A stretch of 64,000 bases of DNA, taken from NCBI GenBank assembly GCA_963741815.1, contig CAVUJI010000001.1:502265-566264 (forward strand). Direction: 5' to 3'. Source of the DNA: an uncultured beta proteobacterium. GTDB taxonomy: Bacteria; Pseudomonadota; Gammaproteobacteria; Burkholderiales; Usitatibacteraceae. The notes beneath the pieces were generated by a model. It saw only the letters and a list, made by a program, of their open reading frames with translations. It made no database searches and was not told the DNA's origin. The position numbers and the translations under genes are program-made. This document shows positions 1-12,930 of this stretch, in pieces; the stretch's first letter is position 1, and the number at the start of each line of letters is the position of its first letter.

Positions 1-2
1 GG

Positions 3-698
3 GACCCGCACCCGTTCAACTTCTCGCGGATCAACAACGAGGCCGCGCGCGAGGCGCGGGGCGAGTACCTGGTTTTCCTCAACAACGACGTCGAGGTGAT
101 CTCCCCCGATTGGCTCTCGGAGCTCGTCTCCCATGCGCAGCGGCCGGAGATCGGTGCGGTCGGCGCGCGACTCTGGTATCCGAACGACACCATCCAGCAC
201 GCGGGGCTCGTGCTCGTGGCCGGGCTCGCGGCCCATGCCCACCTCGGGAGGAAGCGGGGCGACCACGGCTATTTCAGTCGGGCGAGCCTCACGCAGTCGC
301 TCTCGGCGGTCACCGCCGCATGCCTGTGCGTGCGCAAGAAGCTCTTCGACGCGGTCGGCGGCTTCGACGAGACGCTCGCCGTCGCCTTCAACGACGTGGA
401 CCTTTGCCTGCGCATCCAAGCGGCCGGCTATCGCAACCTGTACACGCCCTATGCCGAGCTCTACCACTACGAGTCCGCAAGTCGCGGATACGAGGACACG
501 CCGGAGAAGATGCAGCGCTTCCAGAAGGAGGCGGATATCCTGCGCGCGCGCTGGATGCCCGTGCTGATGAACGACCCCTACTACAACCCGAACCTGACCC
601 TCTCGGGCGACCCGTTCACCCTGGCTTGGCCGCCGCGCGTCGAGCCCTTCAGGCCCCGGGCGCCGGAAACCGCCGCCGAGACCGCCCCCATCGCCTGA
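3..698 (+). CDS. Glycosyltransferase family 2, C-terminal part (5' end outside window)
   Basis: Frame open from position 3: FNFSRINNEAA..GEYLVFLNNDVEV..WL, GARLWYPNDTIQHAG, SAVTAACL, GGFDE..AVAFNDVDLCLR, LYHYESASRG are GT2 motifs. Confidence 0.9.
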   Translation, partial: DPHPFNFSRINNEAAREARGEYLVFLNNDVEVISPDWLSELVSHAQRPEIGAVGARLWYPNDTIQHAGLVLVAGLAAHAHLGRKRGDHGYFSRASLTQSLSAVTAACLCVRKKLFDAVGGFDETLAVAFNDVDLCLRIQAAGYRNLYTPYAELYHYESASRGYEDTPEKMQRFQKEADILRARWMPVLMNDPYYNPNLTLSGDPFTLAWPPRVEPFRPRAPETAAETAPIA

Positions 699-928
699 CC
701 CCGGCGGCGAGCCTGCCGCCCCGGGTTCCGGCAGGTTCCGAAGCTGCCGCTCCTCCAGTCGTCAGCTTCCCGGCATGACCCGGGTAACGCGGGCATGGCA
801 ACCCTCGCCACATCGAAGACCGGTCCTGGACGGGTCGCAAAGCCGCAGTCGCGATTCCATATCCGCGCGAAAGGCCGCCTTTTCGGTCGCCGGCCCCTTC
901 CCGCGGGCGGACACGAAAACCGACGCCG

Positions 929-962
929 AAAAGCGAACGCCCCGGATCAACCGGGGCGCTTG
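929..962 (-). terminator. Probable rho-independent terminator of rpoD
   Basis: Minus strand CGCCCCGG-TTGAT-CCGGGGCG stem followed by TTCGCTTTT, just after the rpoD stop. Confidence 0.75.
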
Positions 963-984
963 TTGTTTCGGGGCTCCGATCGCC

Positions 985-2877
<1,893 letters not shown>

Positions 2878-2923
2878 TGGGTGGCGCTCCCGCACGGGCG
2901 TTCGGGGAAAACCGGTAATTCTA

Positions 2924-4723
2924 TCATTTGGACCGCGCCTCCGGTACCGGATTCCCGGATTTCGCGGCGGCCAGGCGCGTGAGGTGGGCCTCGAATTCGG
3001 CCCGTTCCTCGGCGGTCGCCTCGCCGGCTTCCATGCGCCGCAGGAGCTCGTCGGCGCGGCGCGCCCTGCGCGCCTCCGCCATGTGCTCGATGAGCCCCCG
3101 CACTTCGGCCGCATAGTCGAAATCGGGGCTTTCGGCTTGTTTTAAAAGGGGCTCGTCGAGGGCCTGCCGAATGGACTCGGCGTGGGCCGACGCCTCGAAG
3201 TAAGCGCTTGCTTGTCCCAGCGTCCGCTGGGGGTCGGCGCGGAAGAACGTCGCCACGGCGGCCAGGGCCTGGCCGTCGGGTCCGGAGCCGGCCTCCAGCG
3301 CCTCGGGCAGGCTCCCCGCGAGGGCGGGTCGCGCGAGCAGCAGCGCGAGGAGCTGGCGCTCGACCGGCGACATCGGCCGGCGCGCGCCGCGCCGGGGCGC
3401 GGCCGGCTTGCGCACGGGGCCCGGCGCCGGCGGCAGCAGGCCCTCGGCTTCCCCGGGGTCGAGGCGCGCGAGCTCGGCCAGGCGCCGGCGCAGCAGCGCG
3501 TGCAGCGCCGGGGCCTGGACCTGGGCGAGCAGCGGGCGGGCGAGGGCCACGAGCCGCGCCCGGCCCTCGTCGCTCGCCATGTCGACCTGCGAGGCGAGCT
3601 CGGCGAAGAGGAACTGCGACAGGGGCTTCGCCTCCCGCAGCGCCGCGAGCAACGCCGCCTTGCCCTCCCGGCGCACGAAGGTGTCGGGATCGTCCGCGGG
3701 CGGCAGGAAGAGGAAGCGCACGAGCTTGCCGTCGGCGAGCACGGGCAGGCAGACCTCGAGGGCGCGCCAGGCGGCCTTGCGCCCGGCCGCGTCGCCGTCG
3801 AAGCAGAAGACCACGTCGTCGGCGAGCTTCACGAGCTTGCCCACGTGCACCGGGGTGGTGGCCGTGCCGAGCGTGGCCACCACGTTCTCGACGCCGTGCT
3901 GCGCCAGCGCCACCACGTCCATGTAGCCTTCGACCACCAGCACCTGGCCCGCGTCGCGGATCGCGCGCCGGGCCTGGTAGAGGCCATAGAGCTCGCGGCC
4001 CTTCTCGAAGAGCGGCGTCTCCGGCGAATTGAGGTACTTGGGCTCGCCCGCCCCGAGGATGCGCCCGCCGAAGCCGATCACGTTGCCCCGGGTGTCGAGG
4101 ATCGGGAACATGATCCGGTGGCGGAACCGGTCGTAGCGGCGCGTCCGGCGCTCGGGGTGCGCCTCGTCGGCCTCGGAATCGATCACCAGGCCCGTCTCCT
4201 TGAGCGCAGGGCTGCCGTAGTCGGCGAACACCGATTCGAGGTTCTGCCATCCCTCCGGGGCGTAGCCGAGGCCGTAGCGGGCGGCGATCTCCCCGGTGAG
4301 CCCGCGCCCCTTGAGGTAGTCGATCGCGGCCTGGGACTTCTTGAGCTGGGCGCGGTAGTAGGACAGTGCCTCCAGCATGCGCTCGGCGAGCCCCGGCCCC
4401 TGCGCGGGCGCCGGCCGCGGCCCCCGCCCCGGCGACTCCGGCACGGCCATGCCGACGGTCTCGGCGAGCGCGCGGATCGCCTCCGGGTAGGCGAGCCCGG
4501 AGTACTCCATCAGGAAGCCGATGGCATTGCCGTGGGCGCCGCAGCCGAAGCAGTGGTAGAACTGCTTCGACGGGCTCACGGTGAACGACGGGGTCTTCTC
4601 GTTGTGGAACGGGCAGCAGGCGGTGAGGTTGGTGCCCGCCTTGCGCAGCTTCACGTACCGGTCCACCACGTCGACGATGTCGACGCGCGCGAGCAGCGAC
4701 TGGATGAATTCCTGCGGGATCAT
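2924..4723 (-). CDS. dnaG: DNA primase
   Basis: Zn finger CPFHNEKTPSF..YHCFGC, KYLNSPETPLF, TOPRIM VVEGYMDV and FCFDGDAAG. Confidence 0.97.
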   Translation of the reverse strand: MIPQEFIQSLLARVDIVDVVDRYVKLRKAGTNLTACCPFHNEKTPSFTVSPSKQFYHCFGCGAHGNAIGFLMEYSGLAYPEAIRALAETVGMAVPESPGRGPRPAPAQGPGLAERMLEALSYYRAQLKKSQAAIDYLKGRGLTGEIAARYGLGYAPEGWQNLESVFADYGSPALKETGLVIDSEADEAHPERRTRRYDRFRHRIMFPILDTRGNVIGFGGRILGAGEPKYLNSPETPLFEKGRELYGLYQARRAIRDAGQVLVVEGYMDVVALAQHGVENVVATLGTATTPVHVGKLVKLADDVVFCFDGDAAGRKAAWRALEVCLPVLADGKLVRFLFLPPADDPDTFVRREGKAALLAALREAKPLSQFLFAELASQVDMASDEGRARLVALARPLLAQVQAPALHALLRRRLAELARLDPGEAEGLLPPAPGPVRKPAAPRRGARRPMSPVERQLLALLLARPALAGSLPEALEAGSGPDGQALAAVATFFRADPQRTLGQASAYFEASAHAESIRQALDEPLLKQAESPDFDYAAEVRGLIEHMAEARRARRADELLRRMEAGEATAEERAEFEAHLTRLAAAKSGNPVPEARSK

Positions 4724-4782
4724 GGCCGAGGCTAGATTACCGGATCGGCCGCCCGCCGCCGCGCCCGGCGGGGGCGCGGGCG

Positions 4783-5226
4783 CTAGCCGAGCTTCGCCTT
4801 GACCAGGGCCGAGACGCGCGCCATGTCGGCGCGGCCGGCGAGCTTCGGCTTGACCACGCCCATCACCTTGCCCATGTCGGCCGGGGAGCGCGCGCCGGTG
4901 GCGGCGAGCGCCTCGGCGACCGCGGCCTCGATCTCGGCCTCGGACAGCCGCTGCGGCAGGTACGTCTCGAGGATGCCCACCTCGTAGCGCTCGCGGTCGG
5001 CCAGGTCCTGCCGCGAAGCCTTCTCGTACTGCGCGATCGAGTCCTTGCGCTGCTTGATCATCTTCTCGACCACCGCGACCACACCCGCGTCGTCGAGGCG
5101 CACGCGCTCGTCGACCTCGCGCTGCTTCACGGCGGCGAGCAGCAGCCGCAGCGCCCCGAGCCGCTCCGGCTCGCGCGCCTTCATCGCCGCCTTCACGTCC
5201 TCGTCCACCCGTTCGCGCAATGCCAT
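4783..5226 (-). CDS. GatB/YqeY domain protein
   Basis: D.KAAMKA..., KQRKDSIAQYEKA.R.DLA..E, YLPQ.LSE, DMGKVMG; usual position between rpsU and dnaG. Confidence 0.92.
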   Translation of the reverse strand: MALRERVDEDVKAAMKAREPERLGALRLLLAAVKQREVDERVRLDDAGVVAVVEKMIKQRKDSIAQYEKASRQDLADRERYEVGILETYLPQRLSEAEIEAAVAEALAATGARSPADMGKVMGVVKPKLAGRADMARVSALVKAKLG

Positions 5227-5349
5227 GGATCGGTCCTCCGGAATGGGCACGCCGCGCGGGCGGCGCCCGAAACGAACGCGGCGAGCCGGGCGCAAGGCCC
5301 CGCTCGCCGCGGGAAATTCGAAGGGCCCCGGCCGTGCCGGGAGCCGGGC

Positions 5350-5562
5350 CTAGTACAGCTTCGGCGGCAGCATCTGCGCGCGCATGCGCTTGTAGCGGCG
5401 CTTCACCGCCGCGGCGTGCTTGCGCTTGCGCTCGGCGGTCGGCTTCTCGTAGAACTCGCGGGCGCGAAGCTCGGTCAGCAAGCCGGTTTTCTCGACGGCG
5501 CGCTTGAAGCGGCGCAGCGCCACGTCGAACGGCTCGTTTTCCTTGACACGGACAATGGGCAT
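5350..5562 (-). CDS. rpsU: 30S ribosomal protein S21
   Basis: [37 protein letters not shown], 70 aa. Confidence 0.97.
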   Translation of the reverse strand: MPIVRVKENEPFDVALRRFKRAVEKTGLLTELRAREFYEKPTAERKRKHAAAVKRRYKRMRAQMLPPKLY

Positions 5563-5662
5563 GGGCAGGACGAAGGGTTTCTGTTGCCGGAAAACCACGC
5601 ATAATATCAGGATTTTGGCCTTCCGAAAAGGCCGCTCCTCCCCCGTCCCAGCCCCCTCGCCC

Positions 5663-6697
5663 GTGCTCGTCCTCGGCATCGAGACCTCCTGCGACGAGAC
5701 CGGCGTCGCGCTCTACGACAGCCGCCTCGGCCTCCTCGGCGACGCCCTGCATTCGCAGGTCGCGCTGCACGCGCCCTACGGCGGCGTGGTGCCCGAGCTC
5801 GCCTCGCGCGACCACATCCGCCGCCTGCTGCCGCTCGCCCGCTCCGCGCTCGCGCAAGCCGGGCGCAGCCTCGCCGACGTGGACCTCATCGCCTATACCC
5901 GCGGCCCGGGGCTCGGCGGGGCGCTCCTCGTGGGGGCCGCGGTCGCGGCGGGGCTCGGCATCGCGCTCGACCGCCCCGTCGCCGGCATCCACCACCTCGA
6001 AGGCCACCTGCTCTCCCCGCTCCTCGCCGAGCCCCGGCCGGCGTTCCCGTTCGTGGCGCTCCTCGTCTCCGGCGGCCACACGCAGCTCATGCGCGTGGAG
6101 GACGTGGGCCGCTACCGCCTGCTCGGCCAGACGCTCGACGACGCGGCCGGGGAGGCGTTCGACAAGACGGCGATGCTGCTGGGGCTGGGCTACCCGGGGG
6201 GGCCGGCGCTCGCGCGCCTGGCCGAGGCGGGCGACGCCTCGCGCTTCGCCTTCCCGCGCCCGATGATCGCGAGCGGCGACCTCGACTTCAGCTTCAGCGG
6301 CCTCAAGACGGCGGTCCTCATGCGCGTGCGCGCGCTGGGCGCGCTCGACGAGCGCACCCGCGCGGACCTCGCGGCGTCGTTCCAGGCCGCCCTCGTCGAG
6401 GTGCTCGCCGCCAAGTGCGTCGATGCGCTCGAGCGCGAGGGGCTCGACCGGCTGGTCGTGGCCGGCGGCGTGGGCGCGAACGCGGCGCTGCGCGAGCGGC
6501 TGCGCGCCGCGCTCGGCGAGGAAGGCCGGGAGGTCTACTTCCCGCCGCTGCGGCTGTGCACGGACAACGGGGCGATGATCGCCTTCGCCGCGGCGCTGCG
6601 GCACGCGCGGGGCGACCTGCGCGCCGAGGCGGGCTTTCCGGTCCAGCCGCGATGGGACCTGGACGAGGCGGCGGCTCAGTCGACGCCGCGCCGGTAG
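5663..6697 (+). CDS. tsaD: tRNA N6-threonylcarbamoyladenosine transferase
   Basis: [55 protein letters not shown]; divergent from rpsU. Confidence 0.97.
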   Translation: MLVLGIETSCDETGVALYDSRLGLLGDALHSQVALHAPYGGVVPELASRDHIRRLLPLARSALAQAGRSLADVDLIAYTRGPGLGGALLVGAAVAAGLGIALDRPVAGIHHLEGHLLSPLLAEPRPAFPFVALLVSGGHTQLMRVEDVGRYRLLGQTLDDAAGEAFDKTAMLLGLGYPGGPALARLAEAGDASRFAFPRPMIASGDLDFSFSGLKTAVLMRVRALGALDERTRADLAASFQAALVEVLAAKCVDALEREGLDRLVVAGGVGANAALRERLRAALGEEGREVYFPPLRLCTDNGAMIAFAAALRHARGDLRAEAGFPVQPRWDLDEAAAQSTPRR

Positions 6698-7353
6698 GCG
6701 ACTTCCGCCTCCGCGACCGCCTGCTCGGCGCGGTGCACCGCTTCCTCGAGCCGGGCGACCCGCTCGTAGTACCCGGTGTTCGGCACGCCGGTGGGACAGA
6801 TGAGCACCGGCTCGCCCTTGGGATTGATCGCCTTGCGGCAGTTGGCCCGGGGCGCCATGCCCAGCATGCCGCCCCTGGCGGGAATGCTCTGCGTCGTGTC
6901 CGAGCCCAGCGTCGTGGGGGGCGCGTCGGGGTTGGCGGCGCCGGCGTCGAACTGGTTCGGGTTGATGCTCTTGGGATCGACCTGCCGGCGCGTGTACTGC
7001 TGGTCGGCGTCGGCCATTCCGGTCGCCTCCGCGAGGGCCTTGCGCGCGAGCGCGAGGCGTTCGCGGGCCTGCGCCAGGTTCGCCTCGAGGCGTGCGCGCG
7101 TGCTCCGGCGCTGCTCGAGGATATCGGGCACGGCGGGTTCGCCTTCGCCGGGCGCCACCCCCTCCCGGATCACGGGCGCGGGGATCGTCGTCGTGGCCGG
7201 GTCCACCTCGATCCGGGTCGCGTCCCGGGCGTCCTTCGGCGGGGCGTCGCCGTAGTGCACGACGCCGTCCTTCCCGGTCCAGCGGTAGAACGTCTCCGCC
7301 ATCGCCGGCGGCACGATCCACGGGCCGGCGAGCGCCAGCAGCACCGAAAGCAC
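6676..7353 (-). CDS. Exported DUF4124-type protein with coiled-coil (start uncertain)
   Basis: Signal peptide then [18 protein letters not shown] (DUF4124-like motif); helical C-terminus. Confidence 0.75.
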   Translation of the reverse strand: MLSVLLALAGPWIVPPAMAETFYRWTGKDGVVHYGDAPPKDARDATRIEVDPATTTIPAPVIREGVAPGEGEPAVPDILEQRRSTRARLEANLAQARERLALARKALAEATGMADADQQYTRRQVDPKSINPNQFDAGAANPDAPPTTLGSDTTQSIPARGGMLGMAPRANCRKAINPKGEPVLICPTGVPNTGYYERVARLEEAVHRAEQAVAEAEVAYRRGVD

Positions 7354-7378
7354 GCGCAGGGCGGTTGCCGAACGCGCG

Positions 7379-7894
7379 CTAGTCGCCTTTCTCCAGGGCC
7401 TGCACCGCATCTTCCGCCTCCTTCACCGCGCGCTCGAGCGCGCCGAGCCGCTGCTGGTATTCCTCGGTGGGCACGCGCCTCACGCCACCGCCGACGTTGC
7501 CGACGAACCGCACCTCGTCCTCCCGGGGATGCTCCCGCGCCTGGGCCAGGGCCTCGCGCGCCGCCTTCAGCCGCACACGGGCCGATTCCAGGCGCTGCGC
7601 GCGCGCGGCGGCTTTCGGCGCCGGCGCGTCCGGGCGCCGCTGGGCCTGCCGGGCCTCGGCCCCCAACGCTTCCCCGCCGCGGCCGGGGCCGCCCCCGAGC
7701 GTCGCCTTGTTCGCGTTCGGGTCGATGTCGATGCGAATCACCTTGCCGTCGAAGTACTTCGGCGGTTCCTCCGCGTAGGTGACCTTCCCGTCGCGGCCGA
7801 TCAGCTTGTAGACCGTCTGGGCGCCCACGGGTGCCGCGGCGAGGGCGAGGGCCGCGAGCAGGATCGCCGACACCCCCGAAGCGCGCGCTCGCAT
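7379..7894 (-). CDS. Exported DUF4124-type protein
   Basis: Signal peptide then [20 protein letters not shown]; helical C-terminus similar to the neighbouring gene. Confidence 0.75.
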   Translation of the reverse strand: MRARASGVSAILLAALALAAAPVGAQTVYKLIGRDGKVTYAEEPPKYFDGKVIRIDIDPNANKATLGGGPGRGGEALGAEARQAQRRPDAPAPKAAARAQRLESARVRLKAAREALAQAREHPREDEVRFVGNVGGGVRRVPTEEYQQRLGALERAVKEAEDAVQALEKGD

Positions 7895-7903
7895 CGCCCG
7901 GGC

Positions 7904-8665
7904 CTAGGCGGCCGCCCGTGCCCGCCCGCAGGTGCGGCACTGCGGGTCGCGGGCGAGGCGCACTTCGTGCCAGCGGCTGGCGAGCGCATCGAAGAGCAGC
8001 AGGCGCCCGTCGAGGCTTTCGCCCACGCCGCACAGCAGTTTGATGGCCTCGAGGGCCTGGAAAGTTCCGATCACGCCGACCAGCGGGGCGAACACGCCCA
8101 GGGTGGCGCAGCGCTCCTCCTCCGCCTGCGCCTCCTGCGGAAAGAGGCAGTCGTAGCAGGCCGCGCCGTCGCGCCGCAGGTCGAAGACCGCGAGCTGCCC
8201 GTCGAAGCGGATCCCGGCGCCCGAGACGAGGGGCCGGCGGGCGGCCACGCAGGCCCGGTTGATCGCGTGGCGGGTGGCGAAGTTGTCCGAGCAGTCGAGC
8301 ACGACGTCGGCGGACTGCACGAGGGCCGCGAGCCGCTCCGGCCCCGCGCGCTCCTCGAGGGCCTCGATGCGCACGTCGGGGTTGACCTGCGCCAGCGTCG
8401 CCGCCGCCGAGGCGGCCTTCGGGCGGCCGATCGCGTCCATGCGGTGCACGATCTGGCGCTGCAGGTTGGTGAGGTCCACCCGGTCGCCGTCGCAAGGGTG
8501 ATGCGGCCCGACGCCGCTCGCGGCGAGGTAGAGCAGCGCGGGGCTGCCGAGGCCGCCGGCGCCGACGACCAGGGCGTGGGAAGCGAGGAGCCGCTCCTGC
8601 GCGTCCTCGCCGAACTCGTTGAGCAGCAGGTGGCGGCTGTAGCGGAGGCGCTGCCGATCGTCGAT
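7904..8665 (-). CDS. moeB: MoeB/ThiF family adenylyltransferase
   Basis: [41 protein letters not shown] and CxxC Zn motifs; frame open from ATC at 8665; short compensated indel near 8500. Confidence 0.9.
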   Translation of the reverse strand: MDDRQRLRYSRHLLLNEFGEDAQERLLASHALVVGAGGLGSPALLYLAASGVGPHHPCDGDRVDLTNLQRQIVHRMDAIGRPKAASAAATLAQVNPDVRIEALEERAGPERLAALVQSADVVLDCSDNFATRHAINRACVAARRPLVSGAGIRFDGQLAVFDLRRDGAACYDCLFPQEAQAEEERCATLGVFAPLVGVIGTFQALEAIKLLCGVGESLDGRLLLFDALASRWHEVRLARDPQCRTCGRARAAA

Positions 8666-8694
8666 GGAAACGCTCCCGGGCGCCGCCCGCCCCG

Positions 8695-10166
8695 CTAGCG
8701 GCTGATCGCCGCCGTGGTGGTGGGCAGGGCCTTCGGCGACTCGCCCTTGAGGAGCGCAGCGCCGCCTCGAGCTGCACGTCCGGCTTCTTGCCGTCCTTGC
8801 CCTCGGGCTCGGCCTTCGGCTCGGCCTTCGCCTTGGCCGGCGCCGGCATGGCGGCCGTCGCCGAGGTGCCCGCCGCGGGCCCCGAAATCACCTTCTCCGC
8901 GGGCTTCGCGCCCCCGGCCGGCGGCTTCGCGCCGTGCTTGCCGTCCTCGCCGGCGAGGTGGTGCTGCAGGTCCGCCTCGCGCAGGAGCACCAGCTTCGCG
9001 TCGGAGGCGTCCTCGACCACGATGTCGGGCGTGATGCCCTTGGCCTGGATCGAGCGGCCGCTCGGCGTGTAGTAGCGCGCGGTCGTGAGCTTGATCGCGG
9101 TGTCGTTGGGCAGCGGCAGGATCGTCTGCACCGAGCCCTTGCCGAACGTCTGCGTGCCGATGATCGTGGCGCGCTGGTGGTCCTGCAGCGCGCCGGCGAC
9201 GATCTCCGAGGCGGAGGCCGAGCCGCCGTTCACCAGCACCACCATCGGCACCTTCTTCACGGCCGGCGGCAGCTTCGCGATGTAGTCCTCCTTGAGGCGC
9301 CGCGAACGTAGTTCTCCGGGTTCGCCGTCAGCCGCATCTTCGCGTCCTCGGTGCGCCCGTCGGTGTAGACGACGAGCGAGTCCTTCGGCAGGAACGCGGA
9401 GGACACCGCCACCGCGCCAGTTGAGCAGGCCGCCCGGGTTCGTTGCGCAGGTCGAGCACCAGGCCCTTCAGGTGGCCGCCCGACTCCTTGTAGAGCCTCG
9501 TCGATCGCCTTGACGAGGCTCTCGCCCGTGTGCTCCTGGAACTGGGTGATGCGCATGAAGCCGTAGCCGGGCTCGAGCATCTGCGCCTTCACGCTCTGCA
9601 CGTGGATCACGTCGCGGCGTGACCATGAACTCGAGCGGCTGGGTCTCGCCCTTGCGCAGGATGGTGAGCTTGATCTCGGTGTTGGGCTTGCCGCGCATGC
9701 GCTTGACCGCGTCGTTCAGCGTCATGCCCTTGAGCGAGACGTCGTCGAGCTTGATGATCAGGTCGCCCGGCTTGACGCCGGCGCGGAAGGCCGGCGTGTC
9801 CTCGATCGGAGCCACGACCTTGACGAAGCCGTCCTCCATGCCGACCTCGATGCCGAGGCCGCCGAACTCGCCCTGCGTGCCCACCTGCAGGTCGCGGTAG
9901 GCGTCCTGGTCGAGGTAGGCCGAGTGGGGATCGAGGTCGGTCAGCATGCCGTTGATCGCGCCCTTGATCAGCTTCTTGTCCTCGACCGGCTCGACGTAGT
10001 CGCTCTTGATGCGCCCGAACACGTCGCTGAAAAGGCGCAGGTCGTCGACCGGCAGCGCGAGCGCCGTCGACTGGCGGTCGGCGACGGCGGAAAAATGCAG
10101 GCTCGCCGCGACGCCGAGGACGGCGCCGAACACCACGAGTCCCAACTGCTGAAGCTTCTTGCCCAT
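8695..10166 (-). CDS. ctpA: S41 carboxy-terminal processing protease (several frameshifts, likely errors)
   Basis: [74 protein letters not shown] spread over several frames. Confidence 0.92.
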
Positions 10167-10223
10167 TCCTCTTTCCTTGCCCCGCGGCGCGGAGCCGTGA
10201 ATCCGTATGCGGTCCGTGTTGCG

Positions 10224-11417
10224 CTAGCGGGCGGTCCACTTGAGCGGATCGAAGGGCTTTCCCCCGCGGCGCAACTCGAAGTATAGACCCGATTCCACGC
10301 TCTGGCCGGTGGCGCCCACGTTGGCGATCGGATCTCCCGCACGCACCCGATCTCCCACCTCGTGCAGCAGCGCCTCGTTGTACGCGTACAGGCTCATGAA
10401 GCCGCCGCCGTGGTCGAGGATGAGCAGGTTGCCGAAGCCGCGCAGCCAGTCGGCGTAGACCACCCGCCCGTCGGCCACGGCGTGGACGATTTCGCCCGTA
10501 ACTGCCCGGATGAAAAGGCCTTTCCAGGAAGTGCCGGCGCCCTCGCGGGAGGCTCCGTAGCGGTTCATGAGCTCGCCGCGCACCGGCAGGCGCAGGCGCC
10601 CCTTCAGGCTCGCGAAGGGCCGCGCGGCGACGGAATCGTCGGCGACCCGGTCGACGGGCACCCCGTGGCGGTCGGTCTTGCCCGGCGGGGCGGCGAGCGC
10701 GCGGGCGATCTCGTCGACGAGCCGCGACAGGCGCGCCTCGTCGCGCTTCAACCGCCCGATCTCGCGGCGCCCGCGCGCGATCTGCCCGGCCAGCCGCTTC
10801 ACGACGGCCGCCTGCGCCGCGCGCTCCTTTTCCAGCCGGCGCGTCTCGCTCGCCTGCTCCGCCTCGTTGCGGGCGAGCGCATCGCGCTGGGTCCGCGCGT
10901 CGCGTTGCAGTTGCTCGAGCTCCTCGGAACGGCTGCGCAGGGCGGCGATCAGCCGGCCCTGGGCGCGCTGGATGTAGCCGTAGTACTGGAGCTGGCGCAC
11001 GATCGTGGCCGCGTCTCGGCCCTCGAGGGCGAGGCGCAGCCGGTCCGGGGCGCCCTGGCGGTACTGCAGCCGCAGGAGCTGTCCGGCGAGCGCCTCCTGC
11101 CGGGCGACGCTTTCCCGGGCCTCGTCCTCGCGCCGCACGATGTCGGCGAGGTGTGCCTCGAGCTCGCGGCGCCGCGCGCGCAGCGCGAGCAGCGCGCGCT
11201 GGGCCTCGCCGATCGCCCGGGCGCTGCTGCGCAGCGCCCCCGCCGCCTCCCCGCGGGTTTCCTCGGCGCTCGAGACCTCCTTCTGGAGCCGCTCGATGCG
11301 CGCGCGCAACGCCCGCAGCTGCGCCTCGTGCGCGCTCTCGCCGCGGGCCGGCAGGCCGAGGGCCGCGGCCAGCGCGAGGAGGGCCGCGAGCGCGCGCGCC
11401 GGGCGCGCGGGCCGCAT
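10224..11417 (-). CDS. envC: Murein hydrolase activator EnvC (coiled-coil plus degenerate M23 domain)
   Basis: Signal peptide, long coiled-coil, KGRLRLPVRG..WKGLFI..GRVVYADWLRGFGNLLILDHG..LYFELR. Confidence 0.9.
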   Translation of the reverse strand: MRPARPARALAALLALAAALGLPARGESAHEAQLRALRARIERLQKEVSSAEETRGEAAGALRSSARAIGEAQRALLALRARRRELEAHLADIVRREDEARESVARQEALAGQLLRLQYRQGAPDRLRLALEGRDAATIVRQLQYYGYIQRAQGRLIAALRSRSEELEQLQRDARTQRDALARNEAEQASETRRLEKERAAQAAVVKRLAGQIARGRREIGRLKRDEARLSRLVDEIARALAAPPGKTDRHGVPVDRVADDSVAARPFASLKGRLRLPVRGELMNRYGASREGAGTSWKGLFIRAVTGEIVHAVADGRVVYADWLRGFGNLLILDHGGGFMSLYAYNEALLHEVGDRVRAGDPIANVGATGQSVESGLYFELRRGGKPFDPLKWTAR

Positions 11418-11422
11418 CGCGC

Positions 11423-12169
11423 CTACCGCGCCTTGCCCTGGCTCGCGACCGAGCCGATCGCGCGCGCCACCGCCTCCGGGTCGCCGAGGTAGTAGCGGCG
11501 CTGCGCGCGCAGCGCGTCGTCGAACTCGTAGACGAGCGGGATGCCCGTGGGGACGTTCTCCTTCACGATGGCCGCGTCGGACATCGCGTCGAAGTACTTG
11601 ATGAGCGCGCGCAGGCTGTTGCCGTGGGCGGCCACGAGGATGCGATCGCCGGCGGCCACGCGCGGGGCGATGCGCTGCTCCCAGAAGGGCACGGCGCGCG
11701 CGACGGTGTCCTTGAGGCACTCGGTGCGCGGGATCTCGCCCGGCTTGAGCGCGCGGTAGCGCGGGTCGCGCGCGGCGTCGCGGGGATCGCCGGGCTCGAG
11801 CGGCGGCGGCGGCACGTCGTAGCTGCGGCGCCAGACGAGCACCTGCTCCTCGCCGAACTTGGCCGCCGTCTCCGCCTTGTTGAGGCCCTGCAGCGCCCCG
11901 TAGTGGCGCTCGTTGAGCCGCCAGTCCTTCTCCACCGGGATCCAGAGGCGGTCCATCTCCTCGAGGGCGAAGTTGAGGGTGCGGATCGCCCGCGTGAGCA
12001 CCGAGGTGAAGGCGAGGTCGAAGTCGTAGCCCTCCTGCACGAGCAGCCGGCCGGCCGCGCGCGCCTCCTCGATCCCCTTCGACGTGAGGTCCACGTCCGT
12101 CCACCCGGTGAACCGGTTCTCCTGGTTCCACGCGCTCTCGCCGTGGCGCAGCAACACGATCTTCTTCAT
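11423..12169 (-). CDS. gpmA: 2,3-bisphosphoglycerate-dependent phosphoglycerate mutase
   Basis: [45 protein letters not shown]. Confidence 0.97.
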   Translation of the reverse strand: MKKIVLLRHGESAWNQENRFTGWTDVDLTSKGIEEARAAGRLLVQEGYDFDLAFTSVLTRAIRTLNFALEEMDRLWIPVEKDWRLNERHYGALQGLNKAETAAKFGEEQVLVWRRSYDVPPPPLEPGDPRDAARDPRYRALKPGEIPRTECLKDTVARAVPFWEQRIAPRVAAGDRILVAAHGNSLRALIKYFDAMSDAAIVKENVPTGIPLVYEFDDALRAQRRYYLGDPEAVARAIGSVASQGKAR

Positions 12170-12234
12170 GACGCGAATGTTAGCAAACGTGCGGCGCGCG
12201 CTTCCCCTAAACTGCGGGTTTTCGCCCGCCGCAC

Positions 12235-12930
12235 GTGCCACCCGACCCTCCCCGCCGCGAGTTCGCCCAGGGCTGCCGCGCCATGGCCCCCGTCCTCGTC
12301 GCCACCGTTCCCTTCGGCTTCGTCTGCGGCGTGGCGGCCTCGGCGGCCGGCATGACGCCCGCGCAGGGCATCGCGCTCTCCGTCTTCTCGTTCTCCGGCA
12401 TCGCCCAGCTCGTGGCCGCGCAGCTCGTGGCCGTGGGCTCGCCCGTGGTGGTCACCGTGGCCGCCGCCTTCGTGGTGAGCCTGCGCTTCCTCATGTACAG
12501 CGCGACCATCGCGCCGCACGTGGCGCACCTCGACCGGCGCTGGCGCGCGGCCCTCGCCTTCTTCATGACCGACCAGAGCTTCGCCGCGGCGATCCGCCGC
12601 TACGCGGACCCGGGCGGACCCGCGAACCGCCACTGGTACTTCCTCGGCGGCTCGCTCACGCTCTACCTCTCGTGGCAGCCGGCCGTGGCCGCCGGCGTGC
12701 TGGTGGGCGCGAGCGTGCCGGCGAGCTGGTCGCTCGACTTCGCGGTGGTGCTGAGCTTCCTCGCGCTGCTCGTGCCGGCGCTGCGCAACCGCGCCGACGT
12801 GGCCGCCGCGACGCTCGCCGCCGCCGTGGCGCTCGCGGCCGCGGGGCTGCCGTACCGCCTCTCGCTCGTGGCCGCCTCGCTCGCGGGCATCGCGATGGGC
12901 ATGACGGTCGAATCGGCGAGGCGCCGATGA
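12235..12930 (+). CDS. azlC: AzlC family branched-chain amino acid exporter subunit
   Basis: [35 protein letters not shown]; multiple TM segments. Confidence 0.85.
   Translation: MPPDPPRREFAQGCRAMAPVLVATVPFGFVCGVAASAAGMTPAQGIALSVFSFSGIAQLVAAQLVAVGSPVVVTVAAAFVVSLRFLMYSATIAPHVAHLDRRWRAALAFFMTDQSFAAAIRRYADPGGPANRHWYFLGGSLTLYLSWQPAVAAGVLVGASVPASWSLDFAVVLSFLALLVPALRNRADVAAATLAAAVALAAAGLPYRLSLVAASLAGIAMGMTVESARRR

Noticed and set aside
699-984. tRNA often found downstream of rpoD
   Set aside because: No cloverleaf or T-arm/CCA arrangement found by eye on either strand.
2924-7321. 1465 aa ORF ending in DnaG (likewise 1276 aa ending in PyrC and 860 aa ending in SgaA) suggesting fusions
   Set aside because: The N-terminal extensions are stop-free read-through of other genes' frames; true starts are at 4723, 61203 and 31971.
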